Made by a program: the position numbers and the translations under genes. The notes below the pieces were generated by a model. It was not told the origin of the DNA. It ran no database searches and was given only the letters and a program-made list of their open reading frames with translations. DNA of 64,000 nt from assembly GCA_963699545.1 (NCBI GenBank), contig CAVOUE010000006.1:320001-384000 (forward strand). Reading direction: 5' to 3'. This document shows, in pieces, positions 1-9,480 of the stretch (positions are counted from its first letter, which is position 1; each line of letters opens with the position of its first letter). Source of the stretch: Nitrospirota bacterium. Lineage in GTDB: Bacteria > Nitrospirota > Thermodesulfovibrionia > Thermodesulfovibrionales > UBA9159.

Positions 1-1861
1 CTGCAAGTACCGCATAACAGGGAAGCAGGCCCAGCGTGTAGCTGGCCTTGGCGGTACTGTAAATCGGAAGTCTTATGTAAAGATCCATCATTGCAGCCAA
101 AAACAATGCGATCGCCCCGATGGAAAAGATAACGGCGTTTCTGTAAACTGCCGTCTTATTCAGCCCGGCCACGACCACACTTGTCACGATAAAAAAACTC
201 GGCAGCAAGGCCAGCAAGGCCCCTGCCGCCATAAAGTTTTCATTCCAGGGCGGACGCTCTATAAAAACTGTTAATCCGGAACTGAAACCGTCCAACCATA
301 ATGTTGAATATACCGCATCCCAAAAACCTTTAACACCCGCATAGACAGGATAGCTGAGTGACTGCCCGAAAGACAAAATCTGCGACCACGTTCTATAGCT
401 CGGGGCCTGCCACCACTGACTCCCGCGCAACGGGTCCCAGCCGCCCACAAAAAATTTGCCGAACTCGATATAGTTTCGGAAGTAATACCAGCCCGCGGTC
501 AATATCGAGATGCCGAAGATAATAACAGCCGGCATCACCGCCGACTTTAAAGGCCTTTGGACAGCCTTTTTGTGGAAAAGCAGAACAATTATCAAAATGG
601 GCGCAAGCAGAATCGCGCTAAATTTTGAAAGAAGCGCCAATCCCCACACAAAACCCATAAGAGCAAAAAATCCGGGTCTCCTCTCTTTCTGGACGGGCAT
701 AACGAGTGACATACAAAAAAAAACTACAAGCGACATAAAACATCCTGCGAGAGGTTCATTGCCCACAACCTGGCACATATATGTGTGCATCGGCAGCAGC
801 GAACCGGTGACTATGGCGACGATCTGAAGATCCTTCCTTTCCACAAACACAAGCCGCGCCGCACGATACACGATCTCGATCTGCAGCAGCCCGCAGATAA
901 CCGGGACAATCCGCAGAATCTGGACGACCCTTGGCAGTTCCACCCATTTTGTCAGAAGTGCATAGAGCGGTGCACTTAATACATAGTTGAGCGGTGCCTG
1001 AAACATCTGCCAACCGGCTGAGGCCAGAGGCAGTGAACCTCTTGTCACTATGTACTCGATGTATTCGATATGCCACTTAATGTCAAAGCCGACCTGATAA
1101 TCTATCTTGAACATGTTATTGACCGCAAGTATCGCCCATAAAACAAGCAGCGCCAGTCGTACATAAGAGGGGTCAGGCCGGCATTTTGAAAATTTCTGCA
1201 CCTTGTCTCCATGCAGGCTGCTAAGCAACGCAATGATAAACACCATTACAAGAACGACCGCAAGATAAGGCATTGTTTTGATAAGGGCATCGGCTGCTGA
1301 AGGAAATTCACGCGACACTGCCGCCTCTCTTATCTCCGAAGCAGGCACGGCCGGCTGCCAGCTTTTGCCGTCGAGCGAGGCCAGCCATCCGGAGCCCGTC
1401 CGTATGGGCAATGTGTCACTAAATGCGATAACAGCAGGGAAAGAATTTTCGCTCATGCCAATTATAACGATTTTATGCTGGCCGGCCTTAACCGTAAACG
1501 GCACCGCTATATCATTAACCTGCTTCCAATTATCAAATGCATAAGATGAAGCAAAGATAGTGACACCATCAAAAACAACCCGGACTTGCTTAAGTGCCTG
1601 CACAGTGATCCGGGCATTGTCAACGTCCTCGCTTGCATTAAAACTATATTGAAATCCGCATTTGCGTGGGCCTACCGGAATCGATTCTAGCCGAAATTCA
1701 GAATTGTATTTTATCCACTGAGCCCCGGCACGGTCGGCAAGAAACTGCACATGAGGCGATTCTCTATATTGCAGTATTCTGACTCCGCCCAACACAACCA
1801 CTGCAATAATCACTAAGGCTGCTATGAGAATATGTTGCTTTGATTGTTTAGAAACTGTCAT
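1..1861 (-). CDS. Polytopic membrane glycosyltransferase, GT-C fold (ArnT/PMT-like), with N-terminal extracytoplasmic beta-rich domain; runs off the left end
   Basis: Manual translation from ATG at 1861 (MTVSKQSKQHILIAALVII...) is open to position 1. It contains GFDIKWHIEY, WQMFQAPLNY, GNEPLA, GLALLSKFSA and GWYYFRNY segments and many TM helices. Absent from the ORF track because there is no stop in the window. Confidence 0.72.
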   Translation of the reverse strand, partial: MTVSKQSKQHILIAALVIIAVVVLGGVRILQYRESPHVQFLADRAGAQWIKYNSEFRLESIPVGPRKCGFQYSFNASEDVDNARITVQALKQVRVVFDGVTIFASSYAFDNWKQVNDIAVPFTVKAGQHKIVIIGMSENSFPAVIAFSDTLPIRTGSGWLASLDGKSWQPAVPASEIREAAVSREFPSAADALIKTMPYLAVVLVMVFIIALLSSLHGDKVQKFSKCRPDPSYVRLALLVLWAILAVNNMFKIDYQVGFDIKWHIEYIEYIVTRGSLPLASAGWQMFQAPLNYVLSAPLYALLTKWVELPRVVQILRIVPVICGLLQIEIVYRAARLVFVERKDLQIVAIVTGSLLPMHTYMCQVVGNEPLAGCFMSLVVFFCMSLVMPVQKERRPGFFALMGFVWGLALLSKFSAILLAPILIIVLLFHKKAVQRPLKSAVMPAVIIFGISILTAGWYYFRNYIEFGKFFVGGWDPLRGSQWWQAPSYRTWSQILSFGQSLSYPVYAGVKGFWDAVYSTLWLDGFSSGLTVFIERPPWNENFMAAGALLALLPSFFIVTSVVVAGLNKTAVYRNAVIFSIGAIALFLAAMMDLYIRLPIYSTAKASYTLGLLPCYAVLA

Positions 1862-2623
1862 CCTGATCCTCTGTCACCTCGCCTTTCTGCAACCCATTTC
1901 TATCATACCGCCTTTTCTTAGCAAGCCTATATCACGCTCAACAGGGCAAATAGCGGAAAGGTCGTCATATAAAATATCTTCTGAAGCAATATCGAGATAC
2001 ATGAAGATTCAACGACATATGATTTGTTGCCTTTTAGAGCTTCAAAGAGGCCCTCTTTTTTTGTGAACAGGCAGTTCAAAAGGCTCCTCTCTATCTTCTC
2101 GATGACCTTCCCGACAATCATGCATTTATTCTTCCATTTGAAAGGGTATATTTTTATACCAGCTATTCTCAATAATTTCAATATATTTTTTATGCGGGCT
2201 AGCAGGTGAAGCAGACATCCTGTCCTGCAGTCCGTGCCTCTCCGCATATCTGTGCTTAATCGACGAATGTTTGTATCAGAACTTCACACCGAGGAAAGTT
2301 CAACTTTCAACTTCATCTAGATGACTGGTCTCGTTGCTCGGCCGGGGATTAGGCGTGATACGGGGCGTACTCAACAGATATTGAGAAGCTGAAACTCGCG
2401 TTGGTTACTGTGAGGACAAGTAACCCTCCCTGACTCCTATAATCTGTCACTTTGAAATCGTATAAAACAGTTCTCAAAAACTGAAACTGCTGCGGTGTAC
2501 AGGAAGAAGCCGATGGTTAGGTATCCGCTAATTGAATGGTTAATCCGCAGGTTGTTCCGAACTGAGCGCAATTTTCAGACAGGGACTGACTTTGTTGCAT
2601 CCTGATGCACGGAGGGGCGTCTC

Positions 2624-3485
2624 TTACTCTTTGTACGTAGCTGAGAGCATGGCCACCAGGACGGCCAGACCGGCAAAGACAAGCATAAGGAAGGATGAAA
2701 AGTTTCTCCTGAATTTGACCTCGCTAAAGATATGCTTAACGCTTCTCTCTATGGCGTTCAATCTCTTGGTGAACTCATCGGTTCTGTCTTTCACCAAGCT
2801 AACATCAACGCTATGAAAGAGCGTTCGAAATTCAGCCTCGGTACTGAAGAGGGCCTTCTCGTCGTCAGCAGCATAGATCCCTTCTCGTCTTAATTCCTCG
2901 AGAGATGTGCCAATTTCACCTATCTTCTTCTCTGTAAGAAAGAGCGCCTGTTTCATCATCTTGGCTCTTTCGTAAGAGTGGCATCTTGAGCAAAGTCCTT
3001 CGTTGATAATGTCGATACTCGCCTTCTGTATATACTGCTCCTCCTTGTGGGAACCGTGACAGGTAACGCAGTTAGGTCCCTTGCCCGTGGACTTTAATGC
3101 CTTCCCATGACCGCTTTCAAGATAGCTTTTCAATATCCCCACATGACACTTACCGCAGAACTCGGGGACATCCCGATATTTTGGCGCTCCCACAAATCCC
3201 CGCTGGGGTGACATTGACATGGACGCATCTTTCGGGTCGCCACCATGACAGTCGTGACAGGAGAACATTATGAAGATAATGGATACTCATTTGCCATTTC
3301 TGCGGTATGTCCTTGAACTTGGGATCTATTTTTTCGGAGGCATGACATCCAATGCAGACATCCTCTTCGGCCGTTTCGCCCCCCCAGGGTTTTGAGAGGA
3401 ATTCCTTCTCAAAGGTCTCACGGTATCCCGCCATGGTCACGTTTGCAAGGGCAAGAACCATACACAGGGAAAGGATATATCTCAT
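2624..3485 (-). CDS. Pentaheme cytochrome c with C-terminal membrane anchor (CbcX-like); one apparent +1 frameshift near 3265
   Basis: ATG 3485 overlaps the cyt b stop (TGATG). Signal peptide MRYILSLCMVLALANVTMA. Joining the two frames (HNV|SCHDCH) gives five CxxCH motifs: CIGCH, CHDCH, CGKCH, CVTCH, CSRCH. Coiled-coil and hydrophobic C-terminus. Confidence 0.85.
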
Positions 3486-4573
3486 CAGTATTTCCCCCAA
3501 ACAGTCAAGACAATCCATATCGCCATGCAACACAGGATCGCACTCAGAAGGAAAGGCCTTTTCAGTATGTTCTTTTTCTCTTTTATATCGATAAAGGGCC
3601 AGAACAGAACCACCAGTACAAAGATTATCTGCAAGCTGATGCCGAGAAATTTGTTGGGAATGAGTTTCAGCAGCTGATACGGCGCAAGGAAGTACCATTC
3701 GGGCCTTGTGTGTATCGGCGTCTTGAGGGTATCCGCCGGAGTGTTTGCATCAGGGGAGAGGAAAAGGGTCGGCAGAAGAGTGATGAAGAAAAACATCACC
3801 ACGAGATAGGTGAAAACCATAAAAAGCTCTTTGAGAAAAAAATGGGGATAAAAGGGCTGGCCCTGATACTCCTCATGCCTGTATCGGATCCACGGTTCAT
3901 GCTCTTCATCCGTCTCGCCAAAGGAAGGTGAAGAAATCCCGATACGCCTGATGAAAAACAGGTGAACGCCCAAAAGCCCCACAAGGATTGGCGGAAGCAG
4001 AGCAACGTGGAGGGCGAAGAACCTGTTCAGGGTCAACCCTGAAACATGATCGCCGCCCCGAAGGACATTGGCAACAGCATCGCCGAGGTAGGGGAAAGCG
4101 GAGGGCATGGTCGTGACAATAGTCGTCGCCCAATAGCCCTGCTGACTCCAGGGAAGAAGGAAACCGCTGAGACAGAAGAGAAAGATGATGAGTAGCATGA
4201 AGACACCGCCCGTCCATGTCATCTCCCGTGGTTTCTTATAGCTCCCTACGAACAGCGTAGCCAGAATATGGAGGATGAGCACCGACACGATCAGGTGACT
4301 GCCCACCACATGAATTTCCCTGAACAGCCATCCGTACGGGACCTTGGTCATTATGTCCTGGATACTTCTGAATGCGTGTTCCGATTGGGGAACATAGTAC
4401 ACCAGGAGGAAGAAACCGGTGAGGGCCTGTATCACGTAAGCAACCACGGCCACAAAGCCAAGGGTATAGAAGATATTGATGTCCTTCGGTACCCGGTATT
4501 CCCTTAGCTGGGTCCTGACGAGCTCGTCAAGCCCAATCCGTACTTCGATCCAGTCCTTTATTTTTTTCCCCAT
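3485..4573 (-). CDS. Cytochrome b subunit of a Rieske/cytochrome b complex (b6 plus subunit IV-like, single chain)
   Basis: Heme-ligand His pairs in REIH...LILH and FALH...LGVH, the GFLLPWSQQGYWA segment and a PEWY motif. Confidence 0.95.
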   Translation of the reverse strand: MGKKIKDWIEVRIGLDELVRTQLREYRVPKDINIFYTLGFVAVVAYVIQALTGFFLLVYYVPQSEHAFRSIQDIMTKVPYGWLFREIHVVGSHLIVSVLILHILATLFVGSYKKPREMTWTGGVFMLLIIFLFCLSGFLLPWSQQGYWATTIVTTMPSAFPYLGDAVANVLRGGDHVSGLTLNRFFALHVALLPPILVGLLGVHLFFIRRIGISSPSFGETDEEHEPWIRYRHEEYQGQPFYPHFFLKELFMVFTYLVVMFFFITLLPTLFLSPDANTPADTLKTPIHTRPEWYFLAPYQLLKLIPNKFLGISLQIIFVLVVLFWPFIDIKEKKNILKRPFLLSAILCCMAIWIVLTVWGKY

Positions 4574-4577
4574 GGCC

Positions 4578-4988
4578 TCATCCTATGATGATCAAATCTC
4601 CCTCTACCTTAAGGGGAACCGCTGTCAGAGGACGTGGCGGCGGGCCTGATAGAACATTTCCCTCCAGGTCAAAGGTTCCAGCATGACACGGGCAGATCAG
4701 TTTCCTCAGGCCCTTGTCGTATACCACAAGACATCCGAGATGGGTACAGACTTTTGAAAAAGCAGCTAGCCCTTTTTCGGAGCGGTTGATGACAATCACA
4801 GGCTTTTCACCGAGGACGATCTCCCTGGCGTCTCCCGGACGGATATCGCTTTTTTTGATACTGATGGTCCCGGCTTTGCCGTCTCTGGCGGGTGGAGCAA
4901 AAAATCTCATCAAAGGGTAGGCAAGGGAACCGAACGCAGTTGATCCAAGAACAGCCAGCAATACACCGAGAAATCTGCGCCTCTTCAT
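4578..4988 (-). CDS. Rieske [2Fe-2S] protein, Tat-anchored
   Basis: CTHLGC and CPCHAG boxes; N-terminal MKRRRFL twin-arginine motif plus TM helix; ATG 4988 preceded by AGGGGG. Confidence 0.95.
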   Translation of the reverse strand: MKRRRFLGVLLAVLGSTAFGSLAYPLMRFFAPPARDGKAGTISIKKSDIRPGDAREIVLGEKPVIVINRSEKGLAAFSKVCTHLGCLVVYDKGLRKLICPCHAGTFDLEGNVLSGPPPRPLTAVPLKVEGDLIIIG

Positions 4989-5198
4989 CGTCCCCCTGTT
5001 ACCGACCATTACCACGAGATAGATATTCTATTTTTTTTCAATGTATTTTCGCACAAAGGGTCCTCCTTGTCAAGCAGGAATCACGTCTCTGCCACAGCTA
5101 TGGCCACGTTCCGCAGTAGACTTTTTCTTCAGATAGCGTAAAATAAGAACACATTCTCGGGGACAGGATACCGGGACAACAAGGAGGAATGGGAAGAA

Positions 5199-6026
5199 AT
5201 GGGCACGGGAAAAGTTTATGGATGGCTGATTATTGTTATCTTTCTCTTAATGCCTTTACATGCATCTGCCGAGGACCCTCCCGACACCGGAAAGGCCGAG
5301 GGGGCTGCTCCTGCAGAAAGTGTTGACACACCAAAGGACGGACAGGATGAATTTGCCGAGATAAAACCCGTTGCCGATCCCCTCGAGCCCTGGAACCGCC
5401 TTGTCTTCTTCCTCAACGACAGGCTCTATTTCGCCCTCGCTAAGCCGGTTGCACAGGGATACGGCCTTATTGTTCCTGAATGGGGACGTGTCAGGGTACG
5501 CAATATTTTTGATAACCTCAGGACTCCGGTGAGGTTCGTCAGTTGCCTGCTCCAGGGAAAAATGAAATGTGCAGGCAATGAGCTTGCGAGATTTCTCCTG
5601 AACAGCAGCCTGGGCATGGGGGGCATGTTCGACGTGGCGAACTACAATCTCCAGCTGACAAGCAGCGATCAAGACCTGGGATTGGCCCTCGGGCACTATG
5701 GCATCGGAGAGGGCATCTTCATCGTGTGGCCTTTTCTCGGGCCATCCTCCGCGAGGGATTCCGTGGGAATAGCGGGCGATTTCTTCCTCTATCCCGTGAG
5801 CTACATCACCCCCTTTGAGGACTGGCTTGTCGTCCGCTCATACCAGTTTGAGAACGACGTTTCCCTCAGGATAGGTGAATATGAAGACCTTACGGAATCC
5901 TCCCTCGACCCCTACGTGGCTATGAAGGACGCTTATTCCGAGTACAGAAGGAGCAAGGTGAAAGAAGGTACAGGGGAAGAAAGCGCAGCGGGCCCATCGC
6001 CCACTTCGGGATGGCCAGGCCGTTAA
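5199..6026 (+). CDS. mlaA: MlaA/VacJ family outer-membrane lipid asymmetry protein
   Basis: DPLEPWNR, RFLLNSSLGMGGMFDVA, QDLGLALGHYGIGEG, PFLGPSSARD and DPYVAMKDAY motifs. The signal peptide has no lipobox Cys. Confidence 0.93.
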   Translation: MGTGKVYGWLIIVIFLLMPLHASAEDPPDTGKAEGAAPAESVDTPKDGQDEFAEIKPVADPLEPWNRLVFFLNDRLYFALAKPVAQGYGLIVPEWGRVRVRNIFDNLRTPVRFVSCLLQGKMKCAGNELARFLLNSSLGMGGMFDVANYNLQLTSSDQDLGLALGHYGIGEGIFIVWPFLGPSSARDSVGIAGDFFLYPVSYITPFEDWLVVRSYQFENDVSLRIGEYEDLTESSLDPYVAMKDAYSEYRRSKVKEGTGEESAAGPSPTSGWPGR

Positions 6027-7040
6027 TTGCGGGAAAAATTGTTTACGTCATCGCGGCCCTTCACCGGTGACACACCGAACCCGGAGGGACCCCTACCGTC
6101 CATCGGGAACAGCGGTCGTGTGTTTCCCTTCAGACCGCTTTCGCTATATGCGTTCATCAACTGGTCTTTGAATTTCTTGATATCCTCCACACCATTGAGC
6201 TCATATCTCCCGCCATTAGGAAATTCGATATACTTTGATTTCTTTGGATGCACGCTGAGACGGCATATCCAATTGCGTGAGCCATCAAACGCCACCACAA
6301 TATACCCTTTTGTTCTCCTTAAGCGTAATTTCTCCGTCCGGCGGAAGAACAGTTCTCAAAACCGCTTCCACATCGTAACGTACCTCCGGTTCCCTGTCTG
6401 CAGTTTCGTGTGGGTTTCCTTCCCCCTCTTCAATGGGTCCGGGCGGCAATGTTCTCATCCTCTTGAATATTGTTTCGGGTATGGGTCTGCCAAGCCTTTT
6501 GTACAGGAAACTGATCACCTGCTCTTCCAGGGAAGGGGCTGTTCCATCAGCCCACTTCTCCATTCCCGGGGAGTAACTGTATCGCCTGGCGTCCCAATAG
6601 ACATCTATCCAGGGATCTTCTTCAGTCATTTCCTTCGGAATCATTATCGAAATCCTCTTGCCGCTGATAAGGTCGTCAAACCTCGTTCTGTTCGTGGGAA
6701 AACCCCTGTGACCTTCGGCGCTCCGTTCTATTCCCTCTTTATACAAGATGAGATCTTCAGGCAGTGAATGAGCCTCGGTTAAGCTCCTGACAAGGTGTTT
6801 GCAGAGGCGGCGAGGGTCGTCGTGCCGGAACTGCTCACGCTCGTTCCTGAAATCCGGGCACGAGCACGTTATCGCCCTGGTGTTGATCGCATGGCATTTC
6901 TTGACCTCAGGGTAGAAACTCGTTGCGGCACAAGGAGTTACACAGACCTGGACGTCTTTACTCTGATTCCGGCGTCCCTTGAAATAATAAGCACCGGCTG
7001 CGGCAAGGACAACGGCAGCGATCATGACGGCCCACATCAT
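6023..7040 (-). CDS. Membrane-anchored SWIM-type zinc-finger protein with an extra C-terminal domain; apparent +1 frameshift near 6305
   Basis: N-terminal TM helix; CSCPDF...RRLCKH SWIM-like motif. Removing one G from AAAAGGGTAT joins ORF 6285-7040 to ORF 6023-6298 (ITLKENKRYIVVAFDGSRNWICRL). Confidence 0.6.
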
Positions 7041-7352
7041 TCAAGTCTCTCCCTGCTGGTAGTAACCAAGGAATCTTTGCCCCCCGCAGCGCCGAAAACA
7101 CGTTCTTGGGACTTGTGGCAAGTCCCCGCACGCTCCACGTTATCAAATCCCGGATGGTTTGTCAATAAAAAACAGACCCTTTATTCCGTCCTGGGAGGAG
7201 CCCGCTCCGGACCATTGGTAAGCACATTCCGTTTAAGATCCCGGCCGGAAAAAGCATCCATTCCTATTTAAGAGGACTCCAGGATAGTACTTTCAGGTCC
7301 GAATCCATCATCGACTTTCCATAGAAAATAGCTTATTATAAAATTAAGTGAT

Positions 7353-8360
7353 ATGCCCAAGGTAATCGCAAAATTGCAGAACGGTGAAGAAATAAGGGGA
7401 AACCTCTTATCCTTTAACCCCAACCTGCAAGCATTTTACGTTCACGTTGAGAGCGCTGAGGGGAAGGCCCAGAAGATTGCCGTAACGATGGATTCCCTGA
7501 AGGCGCTCTTTTTTCTGAAGAAGGAAGCGGAAGACGATTCAATCGTCCATATGGAAACCATAGATCAGTCGGTCTTCGCGGGTACCTACGCATTCAGGCT
7601 TCACGTCGAGTTTAAGGACGGAGAGACGATTCACGGTTCAGCCCATAAATACAGCGCCAGCGACAAGGGATTTTATCTCGTGCCTCTTAATCCTGCCGAC
7701 AGGTTTGAGCGTATCTACGTCAGTGCCCTGGCCGCGAAAAGGGTGGACAGCAAAAGGCTCATGGGAAAGATCCTCATCGACCAGAAGAAGATCACAGAGC
7801 CGCAGCTCCACCACGCCTTGAAGTATCAGCAGGAAAAAAAGGAAGAAAAGATAGGTGCCATTCTTAAAGAACATAATTTCATAACCCATGAGCAGCTGGA
7901 GGAGTCACTCAGGAAGCAGACAGAGCGGGCAAAATACCTCGGAGAGATTCTTCTGGAGGCCGGATATATCACCGAAGAACAATTGCAGTGCGCCCTCAAT
8001 GCCCAGCAGGAGAACAGGAAGAAAAAACTCGGGCAGATACTCGTGGAACTCAAGTATATTGCCCCCAACGATATCTGCATTGCTCTTGCATCCCAATTCC
8101 ATCTGCCCTGGGCTGACCTGTCCTCGGGCAATATCCCGGCCGAGATAGCGAAAACGCTGCCTGAGAATGTGGTAAAGGAGCTTGAGGTCATACCTGTGGA
8201 ACGAAAAGACGATACGCTCACCGTCGCAAGTGCCGAGCCGCAGGTACCTGGTCTCATTGATCTGATCAGCAGGTGCACAGATCTCAAGATCGAACTGGCC
8301 GTGGGATACGAGGGATACATCGAAGCCGCCATCAGGCGGTTCTTCCCGAAGAAGGGCTGA
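7353..8360 (+). CDS. MshEN (T2SSE_N) repeat protein lacking an ATPase domain; duplicated small beta-domain at N-terminus
   Basis: Four RLGxxLxxxGxITxxQLxxALxxQ-like motifs (RLMGKIL, KIGAIL, YLGEIL, KLGQIL), followed by the MshEN_C subdomain (VIPVERKDDTLTVASAEP); no Walker A motif. Confidence 0.8.
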   Translation: MPKVIAKLQNGEEIRGNLLSFNPNLQAFYVHVESAEGKAQKIAVTMDSLKALFFLKKEAEDDSIVHMETIDQSVFAGTYAFRLHVEFKDGETIHGSAHKYSASDKGFYLVPLNPADRFERIYVSALAAKRVDSKRLMGKILIDQKKITEPQLHHALKYQQEKKEEKIGAILKEHNFITHEQLEESLRKQTERAKYLGEILLEAGYITEEQLQCALNAQQENRKKKLGQILVELKYIAPNDICIALASQFHLPWADLSSGNIPAEIAKTLPENVVKELEVIPVERKDDTLTVASAEPQVPGLIDLISRCTDLKIELAVGYEGYIEAAIRRFFPKKG

Positions 8361-8395
8361 CCCTGCCTGAACCACCGATCCTTATAGAGGCTCTT

Positions 8396-9016
8396 TTATG
8401 CCGGCTCCTTGAGTGTCTTGTTCTTCAGCCTCTTGACCAGATCTTCGTATGTGCCTGACCGGAGAATACTGTTGAACTGGTTCCGGTAGTTGTTCACAAG
8501 ACTCACCCCTTCGATCACCACGTCATAGACCTTCCACTGGCTGCCTTCTTTGAGGAGCCGATACTCTATCGGTATTGAGACTTCCTTCGTCGTAACGATA
8601 TTCGTTTTTACCGTGGCGTTGGTGCCTTCTGTCTTCTCTGCTCCATAGAGGACCTTTTCGTCCTCATATTTCTCAATCTTCTTTATGTATGCGTTCTCCA
8701 GAAGGTCGGAGTAGAGAGCGACGAACTCCTTCTGTTCTTCGGGCGTTCTTTTCTTCCAGTTCTGGGCAAGGGAGCGTTTCGCCATCTCCCCAAAGTCGAA
8801 CCTCTCTCCCACGACCGCGCGGATCTTTGCCCTCCGCTGTTCGGTCTTCTCGGGTCTTTTCAACTCCTTGTTCTTCAGAACGTCGATCACCGCATCCACG
8901 GTCTGCTTCACCTGGTCCGTCGGTTCTCCCGCAAGGGAATAAGACGGCAGCGCTGATGCGAGGGAAAAACAGAAAAAGAGAAGAATGCCCGCCTTGATCA
9001 TCCCTTTCATATTCAT
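8396..9016 (-). CDS. mlaC: MlaC/Ttg2D periplasmic phospholipid-binding protein
   Basis: FDFGEMAKRSLAQNWK and WKVYDVVIEGVSLVNNYRNQF motifs; operon context. Confidence 0.95.
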   Translation of the reverse strand: MNMKGMIKAGILLFFCFSLASALPSYSLAGEPTDQVKQTVDAVIDVLKNKELKRPEKTEQRRAKIRAVVGERFDFGEMAKRSLAQNWKKRTPEEQKEFVALYSDLLENAYIKKIEKYEDEKVLYGAEKTEGTNATVKTNIVTTKEVSIPIEYRLLKEGSQWKVYDVVIEGVSLVNNYRNQFNSILRSGTYEDLVKRLKNKTLKEPA

Positions 9017-9024
9017 ACAGCCTC

Positions 9025-9468
9025 CTATACCTTTCCGAATACGTATTTTGATATTAGTTCTTCTATATCCACCGCTGACTCCGTTTCCCGTATTTTCCCC
9101 CCATCTGCGAGCATCTTGTCCGATCCGCCCGGCGTTATCTGGACATAATTCTCGCCGATCAGGCCCTTGGTCTTTACGGAAGCGATGGCGTCCTCCTGGA
9201 GTTTTACCCGCCTGTTGATCTGGAGCCTCACATGCGCCTGATAATCCTTGTCAAGGAGTATGCTCCTCACCCTCCCCACCTCCACCCCCGCGATCTCGAC
9301 ACTGGAACCCGGCTTGATGCTCCCGGCCTTCGCAAAGTCAGCATAGACGGTATAGTAGTCGCCTCCTATCACCTCCAGCTTCCCGAGCTTCACAGAAATA
9401 TACCCGAGACAGAGGATACCGACCACGAGGAAGAACCCAACTGCCAATTCAAGATCAAGTTTCTTCAT
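9025..9468 (-). CDS. mlaD: MlaD MCE-domain protein
   Basis: N-terminal TM; SVEIAGVEVGRV and ASVKTKGLIGENYVQITPGG motifs. Confidence 0.95.
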   Translation of the reverse strand: MKKLDLELAVGFFLVVGILCLGYISVKLGKLEVIGGDYYTVYADFAKAGSIKPGSSVEIAGVEVGRVRSILLDKDYQAHVRLQINRRVKLQEDAIASVKTKGLIGENYVQITPGGSDKMLADGGKIRETESAVDIEELISKYVFGKV

Positions 9469-9480
9469 TGGTTGCCCTCC

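Noticed and set aside
1927-2247. 106-aa minus-strand ORF in an AT-rich gap
   Set aside because: No recognisable motif or RBS; may be spurious or a decayed fragment.
2296-2620. Long intergenic region, possible ncRNA; short AAGTTCA-ACTTTCA-ACTTCA tract
   Set aside because: No tRNA, riboswitch or other RNA consensus recognisable by eye, and the tract is too short to call alone. An Rfam scan is needed.
6027-6767. 246-aa plus-strand ORF, and many other long antisense ORFs (e.g. 15337-16578, 44033-45121)
   Set aside because: Shadows of real genes on the opposite strand in GC-rich DNA; no protein motifs.
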